Part shown: positions 17,081 through 25,919 of the stretch, one piece after another
How positions within the stretch are numbered: the first letter of the stretch is position 1
How the letters are laid out: each line of letters opens with the position of its first letter
NCBI GenBank assembly: GCA_965226585.1
Contig: OZ245366.1
Span: 512,001 to 576,000 of the forward strand
DNA from: Thermodesulfobacteriota bacterium
GTDB taxonomy: Bacteria > Desulfobacterota_D > UBA1144 > Nemesobacterales > Mycalebacteriaceae
DNA length: 64,000 nucleotides
Direction: 5' to 3'
Made by a program: the position numbers and the translations under genes
The notes under the pieces: generated by a model
The model's database searches: none
The model's input: the letters and a program-made list of their open reading frames with translations, nothing else
Told to the model about the DNA's origin: nothing

Positions 17081-19948
17081 TTGATGGACAAAGACTCTTA
17101 CCCTGACGGTTTTGATTTAAGGCACATCGGCTCTCTCGGGCGCGACTGCGGGGAGATGCTGAGCGAGATCAAGGCGGATTCTCTTGAAGCCCTCATCCGC
17201 CAGTCAGTTCCCGCAGACATTCTTGACGACAGCCCCCTTTCCATTCCGCCCGCCTCTGATGAGCACGGGTTTCTCAAAGAGATGAAGGAACTGGAGTCCA
17301 TGAACAGGCGGTTCAAATCGTTTATCGGGCTCGGCTACAGCGACTGCAAAACCCCCGAAATTATAAAAAGAAACGTGCTGGAAAACCCCGGCTGGTACAC
17401 GCAGTACACCCCTTATCAGGCGGAAATAGCGCAAGGGCGTCTGGAAGCACTTCTCAATTTTCAGACCGTTGTGTGCGATATGACGGGTATGGAGGTTGCC
17501 AACGCCTCGCTTCTTGACGAGGCGACCGCGGCGTGTGAGGCGATGGCGATGATGCACAGAATATCCCCGTCCGGCGCGGGCAGATTTTTTGTTGACAGCG
17601 GATGCTTTCCGCAAACCATTGAAGTTTTGAAGTCGCGAACCGAGCCGCTTGGGATAGAGACCGTTGTTGACAGTTATGAAAACTTTGACTCTTCCGCCGG
17701 TTTTTTCGGCGCGCTGGTTGCTTTTCCCGACAGGCGCGGACAGGCAAACGACTACTCGGATTTTATTGAAGCCGCCCACAAAGAGGGCGTTCTGGTGGCG
17801 GTTTCGGCGGATATTCTTTCGCTCGCCGTTTTCACCCCGCCCGGAGAGATTGGGGCGGATGTGGTTGTGGGCTCAACCCAGCGGCTCGGCGTTCCGATGG
17901 GTTGCGGGGGCCCTCATGCGGCGTATCTGGCGACCAGAGAGAAGTTTCAGCGGCAGGTGCCGGGAAGGATTATAGGGGTGTCGGTTGACCGCGAGGGAAA
18001 CCGCGCCTACAGGATGTCTCTTCAAACCCGCGAACAGCACATAAGACGGGAGAGGGCGACCTCTAACATCTGCACGGCGCAGTCTCTTCCGGCGATAATG
18101 GCGGCGATGTATTGCGTCTATCACGGACCCTCAGGGCTTGAAAAAACGGCGAAAAAGATTCACTCTTCCGCCCTCGCCCTTTCCCGCGCTCTCACCGAAG
18201 CGGGATTTTCACAAACCAATTCGCGCTTTTTTGACACACTTTCGTTTGACCTCTCCGCGCTTCCCCCCGGAACGGGGGAGAACATCAGAAAAGTATCCCT
18301 TGAGCACGGGGCGAACTTTCTTCACGAAGAGGGCAGGGTGGGCGTTTCGCTTGACGAAACAACCGGAACCGCGGAATTGAACCTCATAGCGCGGATATTT
18401 TCCTCCGCCGCAGGCAAAGACGCCCCGGCGGTTGAGGATTTGGAAAACGGCGACAGCCTCCGGGGGCTTGAGAGAAAGACCGCGTTTTTATCTCATCCGG
18501 TTTTCAACACGCACAATTCGGAAACGGAGATGGTCAGATACATAAAACAACTTGAGAACAAAGACCTTTCGCTTACGCACTCCATGATACCTCTGGGTTC
18601 ATGCACAATGAAACTGAACTCCGCTTCGGAACTTGCTCCGGTCAGCTGGGACGGTTTTTCAAACATCCACCCGTTTGCCCCGCGCGAGCAGATTGCGGGA
18701 TATGAAAAAATCATCAGCGAGCTGGGCGGCTTCCTTTGCGAGATAACGGGTTTTTCTTCCGCGTCATTACAACCGAACTCCGGGGCTCAGGGCGAGTTCG
18801 CGGGGCTGATGGTTATAAGGGCGTATCACAGAAACAGGGGAGACGAGGGCAGAAATGTGGCTCTTGTTCCGTCTTCCGCTCACGGAACAAATCCGGCGTC
18901 TGCGGCGGCGGCGGGGATGAAGGTTGTTACGGTTGCCTGCACGGGTGACGGCTCCATAGACACGGACGACCTTGAGAAAAAATGCGCTGAAAACGCAGAA
19001 ACTCTTTCAGCGATAATGATCACCTATCCGTCCACTCACGGCGTTTTTGAGAAAGACATCAAAAAAGTGTGCGCGACCGTTCACGCCCACGGCGGGCAGG
19101 TCTACATGGATGGCGCGAACCTGAACGCGCAGGTTGGAATCACAAAACCCGCGCTCATAGGCGCGGACTTGTGCCACGTGAATCTTCACAAAACTTTCAG
19201 CATACCGCACGGCGGCGGAGGTCCCGGAATGGGCCCCATCTGCGCCGCCGCGCACCTTGCCCCGTTTCTGCCCGGACATCCGTTTTCTCCGGAAGGCGGG
19301 AGCCCCTCCGCTTCCGCTCCCGTCGCCTCCGCCCCGTGGGGAAGCGCGAGTATAACGGTGGTTTCCTACGCCTATATCAGACTGCTTGGCGCGGACGGAG
19401 TTAAGAGCGCGACCATGCACGCGATACTGAACGCCAACTATATGAAGCAGCGTCTTGGGCGCACTTACAAGGTTCTCTATGAGGGAGACGGCGGCCGTGT
19501 GGCGCACGAGTTTATTCTGGATTTGAGAGAGTTTAAAAAGAGCGCGGATATAGACGTTGAGGACTTTGCCAAACGGCTGATGGATTACGGCTTTCACGCC
19601 CCGACCGTCTCATGGCCCGTTGCCGGAACCATAATGATAGAGCCGACCGAGAGCGAATCAAAAGCCGAGATTGACCGTTTTTGCGAAGCTCTTGAAAGCA
19701 TCCGCGCTGAGATAGCGGACATAGAGGCGGGAAAGGCGGACAAGGCGGACAATGTTTTGAAAAACAGCCCGCACACCGCGAAAACCGCAACGGCGGACAT
19801 CTGGGAACATTCCTACTCGCGCCGGGAAGCCTGCTTTCCCGCAGGTTTTGTGGAGGCGAACAAGTTCTGGCCCCCCGTATCGCGCATAGACAGCGCTTAC
19901 GGAGACAGAAATCTTTTCTGCACCTGCCCTCCGCCGGAAGACGATTAG
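17081..19948 (+). CDS. gcvP: Glycine dehydrogenase, single-chain
   Basis: YTPYQAEIAQGRLE, MIPLGSCTMK, NLHKTFSIPHGGGGPG. Confidence 0.98.
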   Translation: MMDKDSYPDGFDLRHIGSLGRDCGEMLSEIKADSLEALIRQSVPADILDDSPLSIPPASDEHGFLKEMKELESMNRRFKSFIGLGYSDCKTPEIIKRNVLENPGWYTQYTPYQAEIAQGRLEALLNFQTVVCDMTGMEVANASLLDEATAACEAMAMMHRISPSGAGRFFVDSGCFPQTIEVLKSRTEPLGIETVVDSYENFDSSAGFFGALVAFPDRRGQANDYSDFIEAAHKEGVLVAVSADILSLAVFTPPGEIGADVVVGSTQRLGVPMGCGGPHAAYLATREKFQRQVPGRIIGVSVDREGNRAYRMSLQTREQHIRRERATSNICTAQSLPAIMAAMYCVYHGPSGLEKTAKKIHSSALALSRALTEAGFSQTNSRFFDTLSFDLSALPPGTGENIRKVSLEHGANFLHEEGRVGVSLDETTGTAELNLIARIFSSAAGKDAPAVEDLENGDSLRGLERKTAFLSHPVFNTHNSETEMVRYIKQLENKDLSLTHSMIPLGSCTMKLNSASELAPVSWDGFSNIHPFAPREQIAGYEKIISELGGFLCEITGFSSASLQPNSGAQGEFAGLMVIRAYHRNRGDEGRNVALVPSSAHGTNPASAAAAGMKVVTVACTGDGSIDTDDLEKKCAENAETLSAIMITYPSTHGVFEKDIKKVCATVHAHGGQVYMDGANLNAQVGITKPALIGADLCHVNLHKTFSIPHGGGGPGMGPICAAAHLAPFLPGHPFSPEGGSPSASAPVASAPWGSASITVVSYAYIRLLGADGVKSATMHAILNANYMKQRLGRTYKVLYEGDGGRVAHEFILDLREFKKSADIDVEDFAKRLMDYGFHAPTVSWPVAGTIMIEPTESESKAEIDRFCEALESIRAEIADIEAGKADKADNVLKNSPHTAKTATADIWEHSYSRREACFPAGFVEANKFWPPVSRIDSAYGDRNLFCTCPPPEDD

Positions 19949-19957
19949 GCGGCGCGT

Positions 19958-20893
19958 TTAGATTCTGAGGTCTATCAGGGAGTTGCTGAAACCTTCTTCT
20001 ATGACGGACGAGATTATGCGCTCGGTTTCCAGAAAAGCCATCTCTTCAATCAGCGAGTTTTTCAGTTCGGGCGGAACAATCACTCCGCTGTCTTTTACGG
20101 CAATCACCCTCACGATGTGAAAACCCGCGCCTGACTTCACGGGCCCGTTCACGTCTCCCGGCTCCGCGCCGTCCACGGCTTCCTGCAGAGGTTTGATAAG
20201 TTCGTCGTATTTGAAGTATCCGAGGTCTCCCCCTCTGGCGGCGGTTCGCTCGTCAATTGAATGTTCTGCGGCGAGTTCCGGAAAGTTCGCCCCTTCTTTT
20301 TTTGCTTCAAGCGCGATTTTTTCCGCCGCCTCAAGAGAGTTCCGCTTTACGGACGGCAAAAGTATGTGGGCTATTCTCACTTGCGCGGATGAGTCCGCGT
20401 CCGGGTTTTTCTGTCTGTAATACTCTTCAACCTTCTTGTCGTCTATGGAAAGCCCCGACCGCGACACTTCGTATTGCACAAGTTTTCTGGTCAGAATCTG
20501 CACGCTCATCTCCCTGAAAAAGCCGTCCATCGTGAGATTTTTTTCAGTAAGCGTTTTTACAAAACCCGCGTCATCAAGCCCCTGAGACTTTTTGAAATCC
20601 GCCGTGGCGGCTTGAAGTTCTTCGGGAGACGTTTTGATATTTCTTTTCGCGGCTTCCTGAAAGATAAGCGTTTCGCTTATGATGTTGTTCACAATATCGT
20701 CTTTTGACGCCTGAGGGGCGCGCTGTCTCACCCTGTCTGCCCTGCGGTTGTATTCGGAGAGCGTGACTATTGAGTTGTTGATAACTATGGCAATTCCGTC
20801 AACCTTCTCCTTTGCGCGCGCGTCCGCCGAAAGCGCGAGGACGAAGGCGAGAAAAACCGCAATGATGATTTTTGCTCTGGTCACGAAATTCAA
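19958..20893 (-). CDS. SurA-like parvulin peptidyl-prolyl isomerase
   Basis: Signal peptide, SurA-type N-domain, AHIL...HSID...GGDLGYF...GFHIV; follows mfd. Confidence 0.9.
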   Translation of the reverse strand: MNFVTRAKIIIAVFLAFVLALSADARAKEKVDGIAIVINNSIVTLSEYNRRADRVRQRAPQASKDDIVNNIISETLIFQEAAKRNIKTSPEELQAATADFKKSQGLDDAGFVKTLTEKNLTMDGFFREMSVQILTRKLVQYEVSRSGLSIDDKKVEEYYRQKNPDADSSAQVRIAHILLPSVKRNSLEAAEKIALEAKKEGANFPELAAEHSIDERTAARGGDLGYFKYDELIKPLQEAVDGAEPGDVNGPVKSGAGFHIVRVIAVKDSGVIVPPELKNSLIEEMAFLETERIISSVIEEGFSNSLIDLRI

Positions 20894-20902
20894 TTCTACA
20901 CC

Positions 20903-23900
20903 CTAAACGCTCTTTATAGAAGAGAGAAGCCGCGCCGCTCTGCCCGCCGCTTTTTCAGATATGCCTTTGCGGAACACCGTCCGCCACTGTCCGCCGCTTT
21001 CAGAGAATGTTGCCACAGTTTCCGCGCGGTCTTTTGATGTGTAAGCCCTCGCCCCGCCGCTTTTTATCTCCATAAATCCAACCGAGTGTTTTTTCAAAAT
21101 GATTTTCAGGGCGGCGAGGGCGAGCAGATTTTTCAGCCGCGCGGGCGGGGGCCCGAACCTGTCCGTCATCTCTTTTTTCAGTTTGTTCACCTCCCCGATT
21201 GCGGATGATGACGATATTCTTCTGTAAAACACAAGTCTTTCCCCGTTGTTTGCCACATAGTCTCCCGGAATGCGGGCGTCTGTGTTTATTTTGATTTCCG
21301 TCTCAACCGTTTTTTCCGTCTTTCCGGTTTTCAGGCTTTCCACCGCCTCGCGAAGCATCTCCATATAGAACTCAACGCCCACGCCCGTTATATGCCCCGA
21401 CTGCTCCACGCCGAAAAGGTTTCCAACCCCGCGCATCCGCAGGTCTGAAAACGCCAGTTCGTATCCGCTGCCGAAATCCCACAGTTCGGCAAAACGCCGG
21501 AGCCGCCGCCACGCCTCTTCCGGCGGGCTGGTTTTTTCAGGCACAAGCAGGCACGCGTACGCCTGTTCCGACCCGCGCCCGACTCTGCCCTTGAGCTGGT
21601 AAAGGTCTGCCACTCCGAACCTGTGCGAATCGTTCACGATTATCGTGTTTGCCCTTGTTATATCAAGCCCCGATTCCACTATCGCGGTTGTTACGAGCAT
21701 ATCAACCTCGCCGCGCGCGAACCTTTCAATTCTGCTCTCAAGATCTTTTTTCCCCGTTCTGCCGTGCGTGATTTCAATTGACACTCCGGGCGATATTTCC
21801 TCAAGCCGTTTCGCTGTCTCGCCGATGTTTTCAATCCTGTTGTGTATGAAAAACACTCCGCCGCCCCTGTTCGTTTCCCTGCTGATAAGGTCGCGTATCA
21901 GATTTTTGTTCCACCGCTTTATCTGTATTTTCACCGGAAGCCGTCCGCGCGGCGGCGTGCTGATGGGGCTGATGTCTCTCATTCCGGCGAGAGAAAGCTG
22001 GAGCGTTCTCGGTATGGGAGTTGCCGAAAGCGAAAGCACTTCAAGGTTTTCCTTCATCGTTTTCAGTTTTTCCTTGTGCCGCACACCGAATTTGTGCTCT
22101 TCGTCTATTATCAGCAGACCGAGATTTTTGAATCTGACCCCGCCGCCAAGCAGTTTGTGCGTTCCGATAACGATGTCCGCCGTGCCGCGCTCAATTTCCT
22201 CAAGTATCTTTTTGCTCTCGCTCTGAGTGTTGAACCTTGAGAATGCCACCGCGTTTACCGGGAATTTTTCAAGGCGTTTTTTTGCGGTTTTTATGTGCTG
22301 GCTCACAAGCAGGGTTGTGGGCGTTATAAAGGCGACCTGAAAACCGTCCATCGCCGCCTTGACCGCCGCGCGTAAAGCCACTTCGGTTTTTCCGAAACCC
22401 GTGTCGCCGCATATCAGCCTGTCCATAGGGCGCGGCGACTCCATGTCTCTCATAACGTCTTCTATCGCTTTTTTCTGTTCCGGAGTTTCCTCAAACATAA
22501 AACCCATCTCGAACTCCCTGAACTCCGCGTCCGGAGGCGAAAACCTGTGTCCCGAAACTGATTTTCTGCTCGCGTACAGTTCAAGCAGTTCCCTTGCCAT
22601 GGTTTCGGTCGCTTTCTTCGCCCCTTTGACGGTTTTCCGCCACGTTACGCCGCCCAGTTTGTCTATCTTCGGCTTGCTTTCATCGCCGCCCGAATATTTG
22701 TGAAGAAGGTTGAACTTTGACACGGGAACATAAACGCTGTCTCCGCCCTGATATTCGCACTCTATAAAATCGCCCGCCGCCCCTCTAATCGACAGATTTT
22801 TCAGCCCCCTGAATATCGCAATTCCAAACTCCCGGTGAACCACAAGGTCTCCGTCTTTCATCTCACCGAAAGCGGATTCAAAAGACGCGGGTGAAAGTTT
22901 GTCGTTTGCCGGGGTTTTTGCCGCGGGGATTTTCTCCGTAAAATCGCGCTCGTCTATAAACGCCGTTCCCATATCCGGAAAAACAAACCCTCCGCCCGCG
23001 GTTCCGGTGTGGAACTCCGCTCCGGAAACGCCTTCCGAAGCAAAAATCTCGCGCATCTTCTCCGCTTCGGCCGCGCCTGAGAGAAACAGTTTCAGTCCGT
23101 ACCCCTCGCGCTTCAAAAGTTTTGCCGCGTTCAGTATTTTTCCCGCCGTTGTGGATGTTTCTCCGCCCCCCGGCGGCACGGGAGAAGTTTTAAAATCTAT
23201 CTCCGCCGTGTTCAGGCTTCGCGCCAGAACTTTTTTCCGCCCGGCAATCTTTTGTTCCATTTCCTCCGCGCTGAAAAATCCGTCCGTATCTGACTCCGCG
23301 CCCGCCCTCGCGGCGTTGCCGAGAGATTCTCCGGGGCTTTCATCGTTTTTTTGCTCAACAAACACAATGCCGCCGCAGTAGTCAAAAACAGACGCCTCCG
23401 CCTCTCCGCCCCCCGTCCCGCTCAGACCGGCGGGAAGAATATGCGCCCCGACCGCCTGCTCCGTTGACATTTGGCTTTGAGGAGAAAAAAGTCTCATAGA
23501 CCGTATTTTGCCGCCGGAAAACTCAACCCTCAGGGGCGTTTCCCCTCCGGCTCCGGCTACGTCAACAATCGCGCCCCGCACAGACATTTCTCCCTCAAGC
23601 CGCGCGAACTCCCTGTCTTCGTAACCCATTTCCCGCAAGCGGGCGGCAAAAACATCTCTCTCAATTTTCTGCCCGGCTTTTACGCTCAGAGAGACGGATT
23701 CAAGAAGTGAAGGGTGAACAATTTTCCGCGCGGCGTCTTCAAAGGTGGAGCAGACGATTTGAGCGTTTTTCGCCCGCGCGGCAAAAGAAGCGGTGTCCCG
23801 CCCCGCAACCGGCGGCTCTTCTCCCGTAAACGCCGCAATGGCTTGCACAGCCCGCGCGCAGTTTTCGCTTGAGTTTGCTATGTAGAGAAGGCGAGTTTTA

Positions 23901-24139
23901 AGGTGTTTTGATATAAGACAGGCGATAAGGAAAGATGAGCCGCCCGCAAGTCCGGACACTTCCACTTCGCCGTCTGCAGGCGCGTTCCGCAGGGTTTGCG
24001 CGAGCGTTCCAATCCTGTTTCCGGGGTCTGAGGCAAAGAGGGAAAGCCCTTCAACCGGGGAGTTTCTCGCGGGCGCTACCGTTTGAGAAGTTTGCCCGCC
24101 ACTGTTTCTCCCATCTCGCGGCATCCGACCTTCCTGCAT
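20903..24139 (-). CDS. mfd: Transcription-repair coupling factor
   Basis: CarD-like domain, CGDTGFGKTEV, DEEH, SATPIPRT, QLKGRVGR, TRCF domain; start uncertain (overlaps leuB). Confidence 0.95.
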   Translation of the reverse strand: MQEGRMPRDGRNSGGQTSQTVAPARNSPVEGLSLFASDPGNRIGTLAQTLRNAPADGEVEVSGLAGGSSFLIACLISKHLKTRLLYIANSSENCARAVQAIAAFTGEEPPVAGRDTASFAARAKNAQIVCSTFEDAARKIVHPSLLESVSLSVKAGQKIERDVFAARLREMGYEDREFARLEGEMSVRGAIVDVAGAGGETPLRVEFSGGKIRSMRLFSPQSQMSTEQAVGAHILPAGLSGTGGGEAEASVFDYCGGIVFVEQKNDESPGESLGNAARAGAESDTDGFFSAEEMEQKIAGRKKVLARSLNTAEIDFKTSPVPPGGGETSTTAGKILNAAKLLKREGYGLKLFLSGAAEAEKMREIFASEGVSGAEFHTGTAGGGFVFPDMGTAFIDERDFTEKIPAAKTPANDKLSPASFESAFGEMKDGDLVVHREFGIAIFRGLKNLSIRGAAGDFIECEYQGGDSVYVPVSKFNLLHKYSGGDESKPKIDKLGGVTWRKTVKGAKKATETMARELLELYASRKSVSGHRFSPPDAEFREFEMGFMFEETPEQKKAIEDVMRDMESPRPMDRLICGDTGFGKTEVALRAAVKAAMDGFQVAFITPTTLLVSQHIKTAKKRLEKFPVNAVAFSRFNTQSESKKILEEIERGTADIVIGTHKLLGGGVRFKNLGLLIIDEEHKFGVRHKEKLKTMKENLEVLSLSATPIPRTLQLSLAGMRDISPISTPPRGRLPVKIQIKRWNKNLIRDLISRETNRGGGVFFIHNRIENIGETAKRLEEISPGVSIEITHGRTGKKDLESRIERFARGEVDMLVTTAIVESGLDITRANTIIVNDSHRFGVADLYQLKGRVGRGSEQAYACLLVPEKTSPPEEAWRRLRRFAELWDFGSGYELAFSDLRMRGVGNLFGVEQSGHITGVGVEFYMEMLREAVESLKTGKTEKTVETEIKINTDARIPGDYVANNGERLVFYRRISSSSAIGEVNKLKKEMTDRFGPPPARLKNLLALAALKIILKKHSVGFMEIKSGGARAYTSKDRAETVATFSESGGQWRTVFRKGISEKAAGRAARLLSSIKSV

Positions 24140-25155
24140 CCTTCCTCGTATATGTCTGCGGTTCTCAAACCTTCATCCAGCGCGCTCCTCACGGCGAGGT
24201 CTATTTTTTCCGCCTCATCGTTCATTCCGAAAGAGTATTTCAGCATCATAGCGACAGACAGTATAGCCGCGACCGGGTTGGCGATGTCTTTGCCTGCTAT
24301 GTCCGGCGCGCTTCCGTGAACCGGCTCGTATATCGCGCCGCCGTCTCCCATGCTTGCGGACGGAAGCATTCCAAGCGAGCCCGTGAGTTGCGCCGCCTCG
24401 TCGCTTATGATGTCGCCGAACAGGTTTCCCGCAAGGATTACGTCAAACGTTGCGGGTCTTCTGATTATCTGCATCGCCGCGTTGTCCACGTAAAGGTGGT
24501 CAAGTTTCACGTCCGGGAACTCTTCCCGCCCGACTTTTGAGACCGTTTCCCTCCACAGAACCATAGATTCCAGCACGTTTGATTTGTCAACCGAGGTGAG
24601 AATTCCCTTCCGTAACTGCGCGGCGGCAAACGCTTTTCTTGCCACGCGCTCTATTTCCGGTGTTGAGTATGAGAGCGTGTTGAAGCCCTTGCGCCCGCCG
24701 TCCGGAGAGTCTTCAATCCCTCTCGGCTCCCCGAAATATATGCCGCCCGTCAACTCGCGCACAACAAGTATGTCTGTGCCGGAGACCACCTCTTTTTTAA
24801 GCGATGACGCATCCGCAAGCGCGGGATAGACCTTCGCGGGACGCAGATTGGCGTAGGCGTCAAGCTTTTTTCTGAGCGTAAGCAGACCGGTTTCGGGCTT
24901 GATTGAGTGCTCAATATTTTCCCATTTTTCGCCGCCCACCGCTCCCAGAAGCACGGCGTCCGCTTTTTCCGCCATAGCGATAACCTCGTCCGTTACGGGA
25001 ACTCCGTGTTTATCTATGGAACAGCCGCCAAAAAGCGCGGTTGTTTTTTCAAAAGAAACGCCTGATGCTTTCTCCGTTTCTTCAAGCACCTTGAGAGCCG
25101 CAGAGGTTACTTCGGGACCTATCCCGTCACCGGGGATGATTAGAATGTGAGGCAT
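24076..25155 (-). CDS. leuB: 3-isopropylmalate dehydrogenase
   Basis: PGDGIGPE, RELTGGIYFG, NLFGDIISDE, EPVHGSAPDIAG. Confidence 0.97.
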   Translation of the reverse strand: MPHILIIPGDGIGPEVTSAALKVLEETEKASGVSFEKTTALFGGCSIDKHGVPVTDEVIAMAEKADAVLLGAVGGEKWENIEHSIKPETGLLTLRKKLDAYANLRPAKVYPALADASSLKKEVVSGTDILVVRELTGGIYFGEPRGIEDSPDGGRKGFNTLSYSTPEIERVARKAFAAAQLRKGILTSVDKSNVLESMVLWRETVSKVGREEFPDVKLDHLYVDNAAMQIIRRPATFDVILAGNLFGDIISDEAAQLTGSLGMLPSASMGDGGAIYEPVHGSAPDIAGKDIANPVAAILSVAMMLKYSFGMNDEAEKIDLAVRSALDEGLRTADIYEEGCRKVGCREMGETVAGKLLKR

Positions 25156-25181
25156 TTAAGAGGGGAGTATATCACAGCGCC

Positions 25182-25919
25182 TTAATACTCAACCTTTTCC
25201 AAAAACAGCCCCTGCGGCGGAGCCGACACTACGTCAACCGTTTTTACGCCGGTTTTCATTATCTCCTCAAAACCCTTTGCGCTCAGTTTTCCCCTGCCCA
25301 CCCGCACAAGCGTTCCGACAATCAGCCTGACCATTCGTTTGAGAAAACCGTTTGCCTCAATTGAGAAAATAAGAAAATCACCGCTGTTTTTCAAGGTCGC
25401 GGAAAAAACCGTTCGCACCGTTGTCCGCACCTTTGAATCCGCGTGCGCGAATACGGCAAAGTCATGCTCTCCCACCACAAACCCGCAGGCGTCTCTCATC
25501 GCATCCGCGTCAAGAGGCTGGGGTATGAACCAGCAGGTTTTTCTCTCAAGCGCGGACGGGGAAGGGCGGTTCAGTATTTTATAGACATAAGTCTTTTTAA
25601 TCAGGGAAGCCCGCGAGTGAAAATCTGACGGCATTTCCTCCACGCGGCTTACCGAAATGTCTTCGGGCAGAAAAGAGTTAAGCGCCTTGCACAGGGTTTC
25701 CGTGTCCATCTCCGTTCCGGTGAGAAAATTCGCCGTCTGCGCTATGGCGTGAACCCCCGCGTCTGTTCTGCCTGAGCCGTGAATGGCGATTTTTTCGCCC
25801 GTGGTTTTGAGGATGGACTCCTCTATTTTTTCCTGAATTGTTACTTCCGATTTTGTCTGTCTCTGCCAGCCGTTGTATGCCGTGCCTTCATATTCCACTG
25901 TTAATTTGATATTTCTCAA
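25182..25919 (-). CDS. truA: tRNA pseudouridine(38-40) synthase
   Basis: YEGTAYNGWQ, GSGRTDAGVHA, FLKRMVR. Confidence 0.96.
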   Translation of the reverse strand: MRNIKLTVEYEGTAYNGWQRQTKSEVTIQEKIEESILKTTGEKIAIHGSGRTDAGVHAIAQTANFLTGTEMDTETLCKALNSFLPEDISVSRVEEMPSDFHSRASLIKKTYVYKILNRPSPSALERKTCWFIPQPLDADAMRDACGFVVGEHDFAVFAHADSKVRTTVRTVFSATLKNSGDFLIFSIEANGFLKRMVRLIVGTLVRVGRGKLSAKGFEEIMKTGVKTVDVVSAPPQGLFLEKVEY